This document shows, piece by piece, positions 50,725-62,068 of a DNA stretch of 64,000 nucleotides. This DNA is from Alphaproteobacteria bacterium (lineage in GTDB: Bacteria > Pseudomonadota > Alphaproteobacteria > Bin95): positions 65,214 to 129,213 of the forward strand of contig JAURGE010000002.1 of the NCBI GenBank assembly GCA_030833925.1, given 5' to 3'. The translations under genes were made by a program, and so were the position numbers. The notes under the pieces are model-generated. The model saw nothing but the letters and a program-made list of their open reading frames with translations. It was not told the origin of the DNA and ran no database searches. Position 1 is the first letter of the stretch; each line of letters opens with the position of its first letter.

Positions 50725-53058
50725 ATGCTGTCCCGTAACTTAGAAGACACTTTGCACCGTGCCATAGGTTCTGCACGAGACCATCGGCATGAGTATGCAA
50801 CTTTAGAACACCTGCTAATTGCTCTTATGGATGACAAAGATGCAGTAGCGGTTCTTAAAGCTTGCGCAGTGGATATTGAAACGCTCAGAGCCAATCTCCT
50901 CAAGTACGTCGAGAATGAATTTGGGGGCATTGTCGCGGCGGATGACGAAGAAAATGATCCTAAGCCAACTGCTGGCTTCCAGCGTGTGCTTCAGCGGGCT
51001 GCAATACACGTGCAATCATCCGGTCGAGAAGAAGTGACTGGTGCTAACGTGTTGGTTGCGCTTTTTTCAGAGCGTGAAAGCCATGCTGTTTTTTATCTTC
51101 ACCAACAAGATATGACGCGGCTTGATGCGGTGCAGTACATTTCCCATGGCGTGGCGAAGGCGCCTGGCAAAAGCGAGCGACGCAGGCCCGAGGGTGAACG
51201 GGAGCGCCGTGGTCAGGAAAATGGGGGCCAAGGCGAGGAGCGCGAGGAGCAAAACTCTGGTGCCGAGGCACTTGAAGCATATTGTGTTGACCTAAACGAA
51301 AAAGCCGAAGCCGGCAGCATTGATCCTTTAATAGGTCGCGGACCAGAGTTGGAACGTTTGATCCAAATTCTTTGTCGCCGCACAAAAAATAATCCGCTTT
51401 TAGTTGGCGACCCTGGTGTAGGAAAAACGGCAATTGCAGAGGGCCTAGCTCGCCGCATAGTCGAAGGTGACACACCAAGCGTCTTGTCAGATGCAGTTAT
51501 CTACGCTCTTGATATGGGGTCACTGTTAGCCGGCACTCGCTATCGCGGTGATTTTGAAGAGCGCATCAAAGCAGTTCTAAAAGAACTTGAGGACAGGCCG
51601 GGGTCGATATTATTCATTGATGAAATCCACACAGTGATAGGAGCGGGTGCTACTTCTGGAGGCTCGATGGACGCCTCTAATCTGCTTAAGCCAGCACTCG
51701 CTTCAGGATCGCTGCGTTGCATTGGCTCGACTACCTACAAAGAATATCGCTCATATTTTGAAAAGGACCGCGCACTCGTCAGACGTTTCCAGAAGATTGA
51801 CGTTAATGAACCTTCAGTCGACGACGCAATAAAAATTATGATGGGTCTAAAGCCAGTCTACGAAGAGCACCATCATGTCCGCTTCACACGAGATGCCATA
51901 AGAACGGCTGTAGAACTTTCTGCCCGTTACATAAACGACCGCAAACTGCCCGATAAGGCGATCGACGTTATAGATGAGGTAGGAGCAGCACAAATGCTTC
52001 TGCCAGCTAGCCGTCGCAAAAAGACTATCGGAATAAAAGATATTGAAGCTATCGTTGCAAAAATTGCGCGCATTCCTCCAAAATCAGTAAGCCGAGACGA
52101 TAAACAGGCACTCGGCACCCTGGAAACTGACCTCAAGGCTGCTGTATTCGGACAAGGGCCTGCGATTGAGGCTTTAGCGAGCGCCGTAAAACTAGCGCGT
52201 GCCGGCCTGAGGCAGCCTGAAAAACCAATAGGTAATTATCTGTTTGCTGGGCCTACTGGAGTGGGCAAGACAGAAGCAGCTAAACAACTAGCGAAAACGC
52301 TTGGCGTAGAATTAGTGCGCTTCGACATGTCTGAATATTTAGAGCGACACTCAGTCTCCCGGCTTATTGGGGCACCTCCCGGATATGTTGGATTTGATCA
52401 AGGCGGTCTCTTAACTGACGCTGTTGATAAGAACCCACACGTCGTGCTCCTACTTGATGAGATAGAAAAGGCACATCCAGACGTTTACAACGTCCTTCTT
52501 CAGATCATGGATCATGGCAAGCTAACCGATCACTCGGGTAAACAAGTAGATTTTAGGAACGTTATTTTAATCATGACTACAAATGCAGGCGCCGCTGATT
52601 TAGCAAAACCTGCAATCGGGTTTGGTCGTTCCATACGAGAAGGCGACGATAAAGAGGCCATTAATAGGCTCTTTACGCCTGAATTCCGAAATCGGTTAGA
52701 CGCAATAATCTCATTCAAAGCGCTACCTCCAGAAGTTATCGACCGCGTTGTCGACAAATTTATTGCTGAGTTAGAAGGACAACTTGCAGAACGAGGCGTA
52801 TCAATTGAGATTTCCTCAAAAGCGCGCGCTTGGCTGGGGGAAAAGGGTTACAGCCCAGAATATGGAGCACGCCCACTGGCTCGCATAATACAAGAATATG
52901 TTAAGAAACCCCTGGCCGAGGAGCTTTTGTTCGGTAAGCTCTCCGAAGGTGGGGCCGTAGAGGTCGTTTTGGCCAAAGGTGGCAAAGAGCTTGCTTTTCG
53001 CTTCCCAGGCTCAGAGCCCCAGAAATCGAAAAAATCTAAAGCCAAAGTGAAAGTATGA
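50725..53058 (+). CDS. clpA: ATP-dependent Clp protease ATP-binding subunit ClpA.
   Basis: 777 aa with an N-terminal Clp repeat domain and two AAA+ modules carrying Walker A motifs ([16 protein letters not shown]). Confidence 0.95.
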   Translation: MLSRNLEDTLHRAIGSARDHRHEYATLEHLLIALMDDKDAVAVLKACAVDIETLRANLLKYVENEFGGIVAADDEENDPKPTAGFQRVLQRAAIHVQSSGREEVTGANVLVALFSERESHAVFYLHQQDMTRLDAVQYISHGVAKAPGKSERRRPEGERERRGQENGGQGEEREEQNSGAEALEAYCVDLNEKAEAGSIDPLIGRGPELERLIQILCRRTKNNPLLVGDPGVGKTAIAEGLARRIVEGDTPSVLSDAVIYALDMGSLLAGTRYRGDFEERIKAVLKELEDRPGSILFIDEIHTVIGAGATSGGSMDASNLLKPALASGSLRCIGSTTYKEYRSYFEKDRALVRRFQKIDVNEPSVDDAIKIMMGLKPVYEEHHHVRFTRDAIRTAVELSARYINDRKLPDKAIDVIDEVGAAQMLLPASRRKKTIGIKDIEAIVAKIARIPPKSVSRDDKQALGTLETDLKAAVFGQGPAIEALASAVKLARAGLRQPEKPIGNYLFAGPTGVGKTEAAKQLAKTLGVELVRFDMSEYLERHSVSRLIGAPPGYVGFDQGGLLTDAVDKNPHVVLLLDEIEKAHPDVYNVLLQIMDHGKLTDHSGKQVDFRNVILIMTTNAGAADLAKPAIGFGRSIREGDDKEAINRLFTPEFRNRLDAIISFKALPPEVIDRVVDKFIAELEGQLAERGVSIEISSKARAWLGEKGYSPEYGARPLARIIQEYVKKPLAEELLFGKLSEGGAVEVVLAKGGKELAFRFPGSEPQKSKKSKAKVKV

Positions 53059-53062
53059 GATA

Positions 53063-54109
53063 ATGCCAAAGATCAGTCCCGATCGTCTTCGAGATATTGC
53101 AGCAGACTTGCTTGAAGCGACGGGGGCACCTCGCGATGAGGCTGAGACCGTTGCCCGCCATTGTGTTGAAGCAAACCTGGCGGGCCACGACAGTCACGGG
53201 ATCATACAAATACCAACCTACTGTGACCGCATCGAAAAGGGACACATAGTTCCTGGTGCCAAATTCGATATCGTTCAAGAAAGTCCAACAACTACAGTAG
53301 TGGACGCTCACTGGGGCTTTGGATACGTCCAAACTGAACGTGCAATGCAGATGACAATTGAAAAGGCGAAGACACAAAATGTGGCCGCCACGACAATTTA
53401 TCGGCAAGGCCATGTCGGGCGCGTTGCAGCCTACCCACTAATGGCAGCAGAAGCAGGCATGATAGGGCTGATGACGGCGGACTCTGGACGAGCCCCAAAG
53501 CAGGTTGCCCCCTTTGGTGGTAAGGAAGCACGTTTGGGAACAAATCCGATATCTATTGCCGTGCCATCTAATCTTGAGGGTCCACTGTTCTTTGACCTTT
53601 CCACGGCAGCGGCGGCGGCTGGAAAAATTAAGTTAGCTCAAGCTCGAGGCGAGCATGTTCCTCCTGGATGGCTAATTGGCGCAGACGGTGAACCCACCAC
53701 TGACCCTAGCGTGCTTGGAAACGGTGGAGCTCTACTACCTCTCGGCGGAGACGTTGGATTTAAAGGATACGCTCTATCGGCCATGGTGGAAATTATGTCA
53801 GCCCTACTGACAGGACTAGGCTTCGGCGTAGAACCCACTGGCCGTCATAACGATGGATGTTTTATCGCCTGTTTTAAAGTTGAAGCTTTTCGCGATCTCG
53901 CCACCTTTAAGCAAGAAGTCGCTGACTTCGGTGCATATCTAAAATCAACGCCACCAGCATCTGGGTTCAGCGAAGTCTATTATCCGGGTGAGGTAGAGCA
54001 CCTCCGAAAGAAGGAGCGCCTTGCGCAAGGCGTAGAAATCGAAACAGCAACCTGGGAAAAGCTCGGTCAGCTTGCAAAAAAGCTTGGCCTACCTGCTATT
54101 CAGGCGTGA
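53063..54109 (+). CDS. Ldh_2-family oxidoreductase (malate/L-lactate/sulfolactate dehydrogenase family 2).
   Basis: 348 aa with an ANLAGHDSHGI motif typical of Ldh_2 enzymes. It lies 5 nt after the clpA stop. Confidence 0.78.
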   Translation: MPKISPDRLRDIAADLLEATGAPRDEAETVARHCVEANLAGHDSHGIIQIPTYCDRIEKGHIVPGAKFDIVQESPTTTVVDAHWGFGYVQTERAMQMTIEKAKTQNVAATTIYRQGHVGRVAAYPLMAAEAGMIGLMTADSGRAPKQVAPFGGKEARLGTNPISIAVPSNLEGPLFFDLSTAAAAAGKIKLAQARGEHVPPGWLIGADGEPTTDPSVLGNGGALLPLGGDVGFKGYALSAMVEIMSALLTGLGFGVEPTGRHNDGCFIACFKVEAFRDLATFKQEVADFGAYLKSTPPASGFSEVYYPGEVEHLRKKERLAQGVEIETATWEKLGQLAKKLGLPAIQA

Positions 54110-54113
54110 TTTG

Positions 54114-54728
54114 ATGAAGCTTCACCACGCCCCAGGTTCACGTTCGACAAGAATTGTTTGGCTTTTAGAAGAATTAGCCCTGCCCTACGAAATTCAATTT
54201 CATAAGCTAGGTGACCGGGGAATGCGCTCACCCGAGTACCTAAAAGTTCATCCAATGGGCCGTGTCCCTGCCCTTGAAGACGCTGACACAGTAATCCATG
54301 AATCGGGCGCGATAGTTGAATATATTCTTACCCGTTATGGGGGTGGCCGAATGCGCCCCGATTCAGACTCAACGAATTTTGCTCAATACCTCCAATGGCT
54401 TCACTACTCCGAGGGCATGATGATGCCTCAGGTGAATGTTATCATGGTGGAAACTTTCTTTCTGCCGCCAGAACGGCGAAATGAGGTAAACGTCGAGCGG
54501 GCAAATAAACTGCTCACTCGCTCCCTTGATGCAGTGGAGTTACAATTGGCAGAGGGTCGAGAATTTTTAGCCGGCGACTTTTCGGGCGCAGACATTATGA
54601 CTGGTCATGCATGCATAGTGGCAAAACGCCTTGAAGCAGACATGACCGACAAACCACATGTAAATGCCTATGTGGAACGCTTAACCTCGCGTGCCGCCTA
54701 CCAAAAGGCCGTGCAAGCAAACCCTTAA
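54114..54728 (+). CDS. Glutathione S-transferase.
   Basis: Thioredoxin-like N-terminal domain (MKLHHAPGSRSTRIVWLLEEL) plus a helical C-terminal domain. The start is at an internal Met of track ORF 54072..54728. Confidence 0.75.
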   Translation: MKLHHAPGSRSTRIVWLLEELALPYEIQFHKLGDRGMRSPEYLKVHPMGRVPALEDADTVIHESGAIVEYILTRYGGGRMRPDSDSTNFAQYLQWLHYSEGMMMPQVNVIMVETFFLPPERRNEVNVERANKLLTRSLDAVELQLAEGREFLAGDFSGADIMTGHACIVAKRLEADMTDKPHVNAYVERLTSRAAYQKAVQANP

Positions 54729-54738
54729 TTCGAAAATT

Positions 54739-56415
54739 TTAGAACAGACCTACTGTCTCTCCGCGCTCGTTTAGGCCTATTACCTCAGCTGCCGGACTTT
54801 TGGGCAGACCTGGCATGGTCATAATATCTCCGCAGATTGCGACGACAAAGCCTGCCCCTGCAGATAATCGAACCTCACGGACTGGGATTTCATAACCCTG
54901 AGGAGCCCCTTTCAACTCTGGATCAGCTGAAAAACTGTATTGTGTCTTGGCCATACAAACGGGCAAATCACCGAAACCCTGCTCCTGAAGAGCTTTTAAT
55001 TTTGTCGAAGCCAAGGCAGAAAAATTGACACCATCGGCCCGATAAATTTCGTGAGCTACTGTTTCAATTTTTTCTTCTAATGGCATTTCATTCGGGTAGA
55101 GAGGCTTGAAGCTTACTTTTCCAGTATCCGCCGCCTCAGCAACGAGTTTCGCAAGCAATTCGGCACCCTGGCCGCCTTCCGCCCAGTGCGTACACAACGC
55201 GAAAGGTTGGCCCCTATCAATACAAAAACGCTCAATTGCTTCCAACTCAGCCTTTGTATCGGCACTGAATTTGTTAACCGCAACAACCGTCGGCACGCCA
55301 TATTTCTGGATATTTTCTAAATGACGCCCAAGATTTGCCAACCCGCGCTCAACTGCGGGCACGTTTTCTTCATTGAGGTTCGCTCGAGCAACACCGCCAT
55401 GAAACTTTAACGCTCTTGCTGTTGCCACTAAGACAGCCGCGTCGGGAGCCAGACCAGACGATCGGCACTTGATATCCATAAATTTTTCTGCACCCAAATC
55501 AGCGCCAAACCCTGCTTCAGTGACCACATAGTCTGCAAGTCCAAGAGCAGCTCTGGTAGCAACTACGCTGTTACAACCATGGGCTATATTTGCGAATGGA
55601 CCACCATGTACGAGTGCCGGAGTCCCTTCTAAGGTCTGAACCAGATTAGGAGCCAATGCCTCCTTCATCAGAACCGTCATAGCACCATCAGCTTTGATAT
55701 CAGCTGCGGTTATTCCCTTACGAGACCTACTCTCACCTATAACGATCCGAGCAAATCGAGACCTCATATCCTCCAAATCTTTCGAAAGACACATGATTGC
55801 CATCACCTCTGATGCAACGGTGATGTCGTAACCCGCCTCTCTTGGGAAACCATTAGCCACGCCGCCCAAGCTTACATTTATCTGCCGGAGGGCTCTATCA
55901 TTCATGTCGACAACCCGACGCCAAGCAATGCGGCGAGCGTCTAAATCGAGCTCATTTCCCCAGTAAATATGGTTATCCACCATAGCTGAAAGCAAATTAT
56001 GAGCAGCCGAGATTGCATGCATATCACCGGTGAAATGAAGATTAATCGACTCCATCGGGATAACCTGAGCGTATCCACCGCCAGCCGCTCCACCCTTTTG
56101 GCCAAAGCAAGGCCCAAGGCTCGGCTCCCGCAAACAAATAAGCGCATCCTTGCCAATCCTCTGAAGCCCGTCGCCCAAACCAACCGTCGTTGTTGTTTTA
56201 CCTTCACCAGCGGGCGTTGGAGTCATTGCAGTAACTAGGATCAATTTTCCCTTAGGGGCTGCAGCCCTTTCCACTGCCCAGTCAAGACTAACTTTGGCCT
56301 TATCGCGACCAAAGGGTAATACAGCATCAATAGGTACCCCTATCTTCTCTGCTACCGACTGGATTGGCGCTGGAACAACGGATCGGGCGATTTCAATATC
56401 GGAAGGCTGACTCAT
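54739..56415 (-). CDS. fhs: Formate--tetrahydrofolate ligase.
   Basis: 558 aa with the P-loop region [16 protein letters not shown] and full-length FTHFS conservation. Confidence 0.95.
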   Translation of the reverse strand: MSQPSDIEIARSVVPAPIQSVAEKIGVPIDAVLPFGRDKAKVSLDWAVERAAAPKGKLILVTAMTPTPAGEGKTTTTVGLGDGLQRIGKDALICLREPSLGPCFGQKGGAAGGGYAQVIPMESINLHFTGDMHAISAAHNLLSAMVDNHIYWGNELDLDARRIAWRRVVDMNDRALRQINVSLGGVANGFPREAGYDITVASEVMAIMCLSKDLEDMRSRFARIVIGESRSRKGITAADIKADGAMTVLMKEALAPNLVQTLEGTPALVHGGPFANIAHGCNSVVATRAALGLADYVVTEAGFGADLGAEKFMDIKCRSSGLAPDAAVLVATARALKFHGGVARANLNEENVPAVERGLANLGRHLENIQKYGVPTVVAVNKFSADTKAELEAIERFCIDRGQPFALCTHWAEGGQGAELLAKLVAEAADTGKVSFKPLYPNEMPLEEKIETVAHEIYRADGVNFSALASTKLKALQEQGFGDLPVCMAKTQYSFSADPELKGAPQGYEIPVREVRLSAGAGFVVAICGDIMTMPGLPKSPAAEVIGLNERGETVGLF

Positions 56416-56502
56416 TGCACTTTGCTCCGGCAGGGAATCGGGTATTACCTAAAGGGTCGCCGGCTCGCTAAGCTTGTGCAACCCTAGATTTCGGAGACAC
56501 AT

Positions 56503-57204
56503 ATGTCTGACCCAAGAGACCACCTATGTCTCGCACTAGATACTGCAGATGCAGATGAAGCCCGACGAATGGCCGACTTAGTTGGAGATTCAATCCAATG
56601 GCATAAGGTTGGTTCGGCTTTGGCTGTACAGGGCGGCGAATCACTAATCAAAGATTTGAAAGAAGCTGGAAAGAAGGTTTTCTTAGACTATAAATTTCAC
56701 GACATTGATCAAACTGTCGCTAACGCCGTGTCTGGTGCCATTCGTCTTGGCGTCGATCTGCTTACTGTCCATGCGGTTGTCCCCGTAGTACGCGCCGCTG
56801 CGAAAGCTAAGGGTGACTCAGCAACTAAGATAGTCGCTGTTACTGTACTTACTTCGATGGATGAAAGTGATCTTGAGGCGGAAGGCTGGCACGAGGGAGC
56901 GGCCGCCTTAGTTCGCTCAAGAGCGCAAAATGCAATAAATGCAGGTGCGGATGGTGTAGTAGCATCTGCGCAGGAAGCAAAAATGCTTCGAGATTTATTA
57001 AATCCATCGGCCTTTATCGTGACACCCGGAATTCGGCCTGCAGGTGGTGAAGCTCAAGATCAGAAACGAATTTCAACGCCAGCAAGTGCAATAAGCGATG
57101 GATCAAATCTGCTCGTCGTAGGAAGACCTATACTGCAAGCACAAAACCCAAGAGATGCAGCCAATTCTATTCTTGAAGAAATCAGCAGTGCTTTGCATTA
57201 CTGA
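56503..57204 (+). CDS. pyrF: Orotidine 5'-phosphate decarboxylase.
   Basis: 233 aa with LCLALDT and FLDYKFHDI motifs. Confidence 0.9.
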   Translation: MSDPRDHLCLALDTADADEARRMADLVGDSIQWHKVGSALAVQGGESLIKDLKEAGKKVFLDYKFHDIDQTVANAVSGAIRLGVDLLTVHAVVPVVRAAAKAKGDSATKIVAVTVLTSMDESDLEAEGWHEGAAALVRSRAQNAINAGADGVVASAQEAKMLRDLLNPSAFIVTPGIRPAGGEAQDQKRISTPASAISDGSNLLVVGRPILQAQNPRDAANSILEEISSALHY

Positions 57205-57278
57205 CTGTTTTTAAATTTTGGACTTGTCTGTTCAAGAGTAGCTCTGACATGATTTGGAGGTTTCTGAGTAAATTAAAT

Positions 57279-58211
57279 TCAAGAAAGTTTCTCTCTCAAA
57301 AATCTGCTTAGGCGACCAAAAGCGCTAGCAGAGTCAGGCCCAGTTACCCTCGCTCTTACAAAGCCATGAATCATACGGTTTGCTTGGAAGAAGGACGTTT
57401 CAACGCCCGCCCTCATCAACTTAGCTGCATACTCAATACCATCATCAATCAGCGGGTCATGTTCCGCTACGAGAATAAAAGCTGGCGGTAGGTCCGACAA
57501 ATCGTCTGATACCAAGGGCGTGGCCATCGGGTCGGTTGAAGTTCCCGCCATGTCACCAAGATAGGCAATCCAATAACCTCGCATGCTGCTTGTCGTGAGA
57601 CCTGGAGCAGTTGCGTTTCGTTTATAAGAGCTAAATTCTAACCTGTCAGTGAGACATGGATAAATCAGTCCCTGAGCGCGAAGAGTTGGCCCTCCATTCT
57701 CTCTCACCCAAAGTGCTGTTGCTGCTGCTAAATTGCCGCCTGCACTATCCCCAGCGACAGCCAGCTTTAACGGATCTATCCCGTAATCAGCTGGTTGATC
57801 ATGCATATGCACCAGAACATCCACACAGTCATCAAGTGCTGCTGGATACTTATTCTCAGGTGCTAAGCGATAATCGACGCTTACAACCACAGCTCCAGTT
57901 TCAGCCGCAAGGCCCCATCCCGTTGTATCACTAGTATCACAGTCTCCTTTTACGAAGCCTCCCCCATGAAAATAGGCAATGCCAGCTTTTGGCTCTTCGC
58001 CTAGGGGCGAATAAACCCGAACGGGAATTCTTATGCCGCCTCGCCCCTCAACTATCCGGTCTTCCACGCTTATTGAAGATGGTGGCGCCACATTGTTAGC
58101 TCGCGCATAGGCGGACCAGTTTGCACGATCTTCTTCAAGATTTTTTCCTGCAGGAAGTGCAGCGCGCGCTTCAATCAAGGGTTTCACTTCAGGATGCAAG
58201 TCGAAAGTCAT
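57279..58211 (-). CDS. Alpha/beta hydrolase fold-3 esterase/lipase, HSL-like.
   Basis: 310 aa with an HGGGF oxyanion motif and a GDSAGGNLAA nucleophile elbow. Its start overlaps the HyuB-2 stop by 4 nt. Confidence 0.8.
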   Translation of the reverse strand: MTFDLHPEVKPLIEARAALPAGKNLEEDRANWSAYARANNVAPPSSISVEDRIVEGRGGIRIPVRVYSPLGEEPKAGIAYFHGGGFVKGDCDTSDTTGWGLAAETGAVVVSVDYRLAPENKYPAALDDCVDVLVHMHDQPADYGIDPLKLAVAGDSAGGNLAAATALWVRENGGPTLRAQGLIYPCLTDRLEFSSYKRNATAPGLTTSSMRGYWIAYLGDMAGTSTDPMATPLVSDDLSDLPPAFILVAEHDPLIDDGIEYAAKLMRAGVETSFFQANRMIHGFVRARVTGPDSASAFGRLSRFLREKLS

Positions 58212-59944
58212 TGATCTTCCTCTTTAGCAACATTGAGCAATTCTTCAGGGTCATTAACACCATAGAACGACCGTACAGCTGAAGGCGTCACATAACCATC
58301 CAGGAGATCCTTACCTATAGCTGCATGATCGCGTTCACTGGCTAAACCATATCCACCGGAGCCCGGCGTTATCATATCGATAACCGCTCCTGGAGATACG
58401 TTGAAAGCTCCCTTGCTTGGCAGATGGCGAGGCTGCTCCCCTGGTGAAGTCACGGTCACTGTCGCGGAAATCCCGGGATGGCCACCCATCAAACCAAATG
58501 GCGGTGAAGTCATTCTCTCCATACAGAGTGCTCCAGTGGCCGACGCATCATCTAACATTCTCCAGCGACGGCGTGCACCATTTCCTCCACGATATCGGCC
58601 AGCACCTCCAGAGTCAGGCTGAATTTCATAGTGCTCAACACGAACTGGGAAGGCCATTTCTAGCACTTCAACAGGGGTATTCATTGTATTGGATATTCCA
58701 CTAGCTATGACGTTGATGCCATCCTTATTTGGACGTGCACCAAACCCACCTTTAATAGTTTCGTATGAGACGTAACGATTACCCGTCCGCGGATCGACAC
58801 CGCCTAGGGTCAATACTGCGGAAGTTCCTTGGCTACATGCCATCACTTGATCTGGCATGAATTGAGATAAAGCACCCATAACCATATCGGCGGTGCGATG
58901 GGACATTTCATGGTTTGAATAAACAACCGGGGCTGGAAATTCACAATTCACAACCGATCCCTTTGGGGCTTTCACTTGTATTGCACGCCAACATCCAGAA
59001 TTCGGTGGGATCAGGCTATTAGGGTCTATTGCCGTCTTAAGCCCACAAAAAACGCCAGATGATGACACAGATAAAGCCGCATTCATCGGCCCAGGGACCT
59101 GCGGGTCAGTCCCATCAAAATCTACTATTATTGAATCACCAGCCTTAGTAACCTTCATTCGAACCCAAAATGGCGCATCTTCACCGTCAGGACCGTCAGC
59201 GATGCCGTCGCCATCGCAGAAGTCCTCAAAATACCCCTCACCGTCTGGAAGGTCTGATAATGCTGCTCGCATCAGCCGGTCGGAGTAGTCCATTACTTCC
59301 GCCATATAAGCTGTAAGCCTCCGAGCTCCATACCTTTCAGCCAAGGCCGCAAGCCTGTCGCATGCTCGCAGGGTCGCCGCCAGCTGGGAACCGAGATCTC
59401 CCTTTCGTTCGTCAGGTGTCCTGACATTAGCTAGGATTACATCTTCAAGGGCTTTATTTAGTTCACCCTTTGAATAGAGCCTCACTGGCGGGAGGCGCAG
59501 CCCTTCCCCATAAATTTCTGTGACTGCCCCATAACTACCTGGTGTGGCTGAGCCAATATCGGGCCAATGCGCTCGCAGGCATGCAAATCCCAAATGAACG
59601 CCTTTATGGAACGCAGGTCGAATGACATTAACGTCCGGCAAATGGCTCCCACCAAAATAAGGATCATTGTGTATAAAAACGTCGCCTTCATGAACGTCTT
59701 GATCGAACGCTTTGACAACTGCTCGAACGGCATCAGGCATCGAGCCAAGGTGAATAGGTAAATCTGGCCCCTGCGCCACCATGTCCCCGGCACAGTCAAA
59801 AACTCCACAAGAGTAATCTCCAGCTGACTTAAGAATTGGAGAATACGCGGTTTTTGCAAGAACCACCCGCATTTCCTCGGCTATCTTGTAGAGACTATTC
59901 TTCACTATTTCGAAGGTTGCAGGATCTTGGATTGGCGTGTTCAT
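58208..59944 (-). CDS. Hydantoinase B / 5-oxoprolinase subunit (HyuB family), copy 2.
   Basis: 578 aa, Hydantoinase_B family, about one-third identical by eye to copy 1. Its start overlaps the HyuA-2 stop by 4 nt. Confidence 0.85.
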   Translation of the reverse strand: MNTPIQDPATFEIVKNSLYKIAEEMRVVLAKTAYSPILKSAGDYSCGVFDCAGDMVAQGPDLPIHLGSMPDAVRAVVKAFDQDVHEGDVFIHNDPYFGGSHLPDVNVIRPAFHKGVHLGFACLRAHWPDIGSATPGSYGAVTEIYGEGLRLPPVRLYSKGELNKALEDVILANVRTPDERKGDLGSQLAATLRACDRLAALAERYGARRLTAYMAEVMDYSDRLMRAALSDLPDGEGYFEDFCDGDGIADGPDGEDAPFWVRMKVTKAGDSIIVDFDGTDPQVPGPMNAALSVSSSGVFCGLKTAIDPNSLIPPNSGCWRAIQVKAPKGSVVNCEFPAPVVYSNHEMSHRTADMVMGALSQFMPDQVMACSQGTSAVLTLGGVDPRTGNRYVSYETIKGGFGARPNKDGINVIASGISNTMNTPVEVLEMAFPVRVEHYEIQPDSGGAGRYRGGNGARRRWRMLDDASATGALCMERMTSPPFGLMGGHPGISATVTVTSPGEQPRHLPSKGAFNVSPGAVIDMITPGSGGYGLASERDHAAIGKDLLDGYVTPSAVRSFYGVNDPEELLNVAKEEDQ

Positions 59945-62010
59945 TGGCCAGTCTCCAATCGCATCAACTTAACAAACCCGTCGCCATCCATTTCCGCCTG
60001 CCAGCCAATCGGAACACAGATAGTACTCTCTAGACTCTCAATCACGGCTGGGCCGTTTACCAAATAACCAGCTGGCATTTTCTGACGGTCCAGAACTAGG
60101 CCTTCTACACCCCGCATTAACCGCTGGCCCTTAAGAGGGTTTCCCGAAGCCAATGGGGTCTGGCGGACAGCCAGTGGCGGAATTTCGCCAATTGCAGCGA
60201 GACGGAGACTGACTATTTGCACAGGCTCTGAACGGTTATCGTGGCCATAGGTCTGTTTATGGCGGTTGTGAAAGGCCTCTGAGACCTGCGCCAATGCTCC
60301 AGGATCGAAGCGCCGAGAAGGCGAAGGCACATTCAGTTCATAGGATTGGCGGATATAACGAGCATCTAAAGAGCGCTCAAACCGACGACGATCTAAAGGC
60401 ATTCCCGCTCGATCTAACATCGCAGCACCCTCTGCTTCCATTTCTTTGTATGCCTGTTCAATTGAATCTGGGTCCGCTAAATCAGACCTAACATATACGG
60501 TGCGCACGTAATCTCGCTTAAGGTCAGACCCGACCAAGCCCAAAGCCGAAAACGCTCCTGGAATGGGCGGACATATTACCTCTACCATTCCCAACTCTTC
60601 GGCTAACGCAGCAGCATGCAGCGGCCCAGCCCCTCCAAATGCAGCTAGCGTAAAATCTCTAGGATCATGTCCTCTCTCGACGGAGACTATCTTCAACGCC
60701 TCCGCCATAGAATGATTAACCACATCAATTACAGCTGCAGCTGCAGCTTCAACAGTCAATCCAAGCGGCATTGCTAGTTTTTCAGAAATAGCAGCTGAAG
60801 CGGCATCAAAATTGATATGCATTTCACCTCCAAGGAGAGAATCTGCATCCAGATTGCCAAGGATTAAATTACAATCAGTTACAGTTGGTTCTGTCCCCCC
60901 TCGGCCATAGCAAACTGGCCCAGGCTCGGCTCCAGCACTTTTAGGTCCAACGCGGATACCACCAGCTGGGTCAACCCATGCGATTGATCCACCACCCGCC
61001 GAGACCTCAGCAAGATCGATCACTGGCACTCGAATAGGATGTCCAGCCCCGTTCATCCAACGGTTGGCACTAGCCCCTCCTGCAACCTCATATTCAGGAG
61101 TTGTTTCGTAAAGACCATTCCGGATAAGGCTGGCCTTCGCTGTTGTACCCCCCATATCAAAAGTTAACAGGTTGGGACGCTCAGCCTGGCGAGCAGCAAG
61201 TGCCGCAGCTACTACTCCTGCAGCTGGTCCGCTTTCAACCGCCATGGCGGGCATAGCCACGCCTTCTGAAGCTTCAAAAACCCCACCGTTGGAGCCCATT
61301 ACATACATCCGGGGCAATCCAAGTCCCTTTGTAGCTCTTTCCAAGCGTTCAAGATACGAAGCTAAAATTGGCCCAACATATGCACAAATAGCTGTCGTAG
61401 AGGTACGCTCAAACTCTCTTATTTCAGGAAGCACTTCACTGGACAGATACACTGGGACATCGAGCGCTGAGCTAAGTCGCTTTCCAAGAGCGCGTTCATG
61501 CTTAGGGTTCACAAAACTAAAAAGAAGTGACACCGCGACTGCCTCAACGCGATCAGCCCTAAGTGATTCTATGAGCTCGTCTATTTCCTCCTCAGCTAAT
61601 GGAGTAATGACGGCACCATCAAAACCAATGCGTTCCGTAATCTCAAACCGTCGTCGGCGCGGTATTAAGTTTGCTGGGGCATCTTGGAAAAGATCATAAA
61701 GGTCAGGACGAGCAGATCGACGAAGCTCTAAAACGTCACGGAAGCCCCGTGTCATAATTACAGCGGCACGCGCGCCTTTTTCTTCAAGGATTGCATTAGT
61801 CACCACAGTGGTTGCATGGCTTAGCAACCCAACATCCGCTGATTTTATAAAATAGCGATCCATCGCTTGAGCAAGGGCACTGAGAACACCTTGAGCAAAA
61901 TCTTTTGGTGTAGTTGGTGCCTTGGCGACACCTATTTTTCCGGACGTATCGTCCACCAGAGCTACATCAGTGAAGGTACCACCGATATCAACTCCGATCC
62001 GCCACGCCAT
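59941..62010 (-). CDS. Hydantoinase A / 5-oxoprolinase subunit (HyuA family), copy 2.
   Basis: 689 aa with an N-terminal WRIGVDIGGTFTDV motif and an ASKHA ATPase fold. Confidence 0.85.
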   Translation of the reverse strand: MAWRIGVDIGGTFTDVALVDDTSGKIGVAKAPTTPKDFAQGVLSALAQAMDRYFIKSADVGLLSHATTVVTNAILEEKGARAAVIMTRGFRDVLELRRSARPDLYDLFQDAPANLIPRRRRFEITERIGFDGAVITPLAEEEIDELIESLRADRVEAVAVSLLFSFVNPKHERALGKRLSSALDVPVYLSSEVLPEIREFERTSTTAICAYVGPILASYLERLERATKGLGLPRMYVMGSNGGVFEASEGVAMPAMAVESGPAAGVVAAALAARQAERPNLLTFDMGGTTAKASLIRNGLYETTPEYEVAGGASANRWMNGAGHPIRVPVIDLAEVSAGGGSIAWVDPAGGIRVGPKSAGAEPGPVCYGRGGTEPTVTDCNLILGNLDADSLLGGEMHINFDAASAAISEKLAMPLGLTVEAAAAAVIDVVNHSMAEALKIVSVERGHDPRDFTLAAFGGAGPLHAAALAEELGMVEVICPPIPGAFSALGLVGSDLKRDYVRTVYVRSDLADPDSIEQAYKEMEAEGAAMLDRAGMPLDRRRFERSLDARYIRQSYELNVPSPSRRFDPGALAQVSEAFHNRHKQTYGHDNRSEPVQIVSLRLAAIGEIPPLAVRQTPLASGNPLKGQRLMRGVEGLVLDRQKMPAGYLVNGPAVIESLESTICVPIGWQAEMDGDGFVKLMRLETGQ

Positions 62011-62068
62011 GCCTAAACATCCTTGTTAGTTCTAAAGCAAGAATGGTAGTTCGAGAGCTTTCACAGAG

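Noticed and set aside
56416-56502. Possible ZTP (pfl-motif) riboswitch in the fhs 5' leader, since fhs and purH are classic ZTP-regulated genes.
   Set aside because: The leader is only about 87 nt and is shared with the divergent pyrF start. Reverse-complement inspection shows no GGGUCGUGAC / CCGGGUGGA / CGCCUGGGC-like conserved blocks, so it is too short and lacks the consensus.
61172-61699. Long antisense ORFs inside real genes, for example 61172..61699 (175 aa) within hyuA-2, 18653..19048 within secA, and 1113..1526 within purH.
   Set aside because: They have low-complexity Ala/Ser/Arg/Pro-rich translations typical of the reverse frame of GC-rich coding sequence, and they overlap well-supported genes. 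They are treated as spurious.
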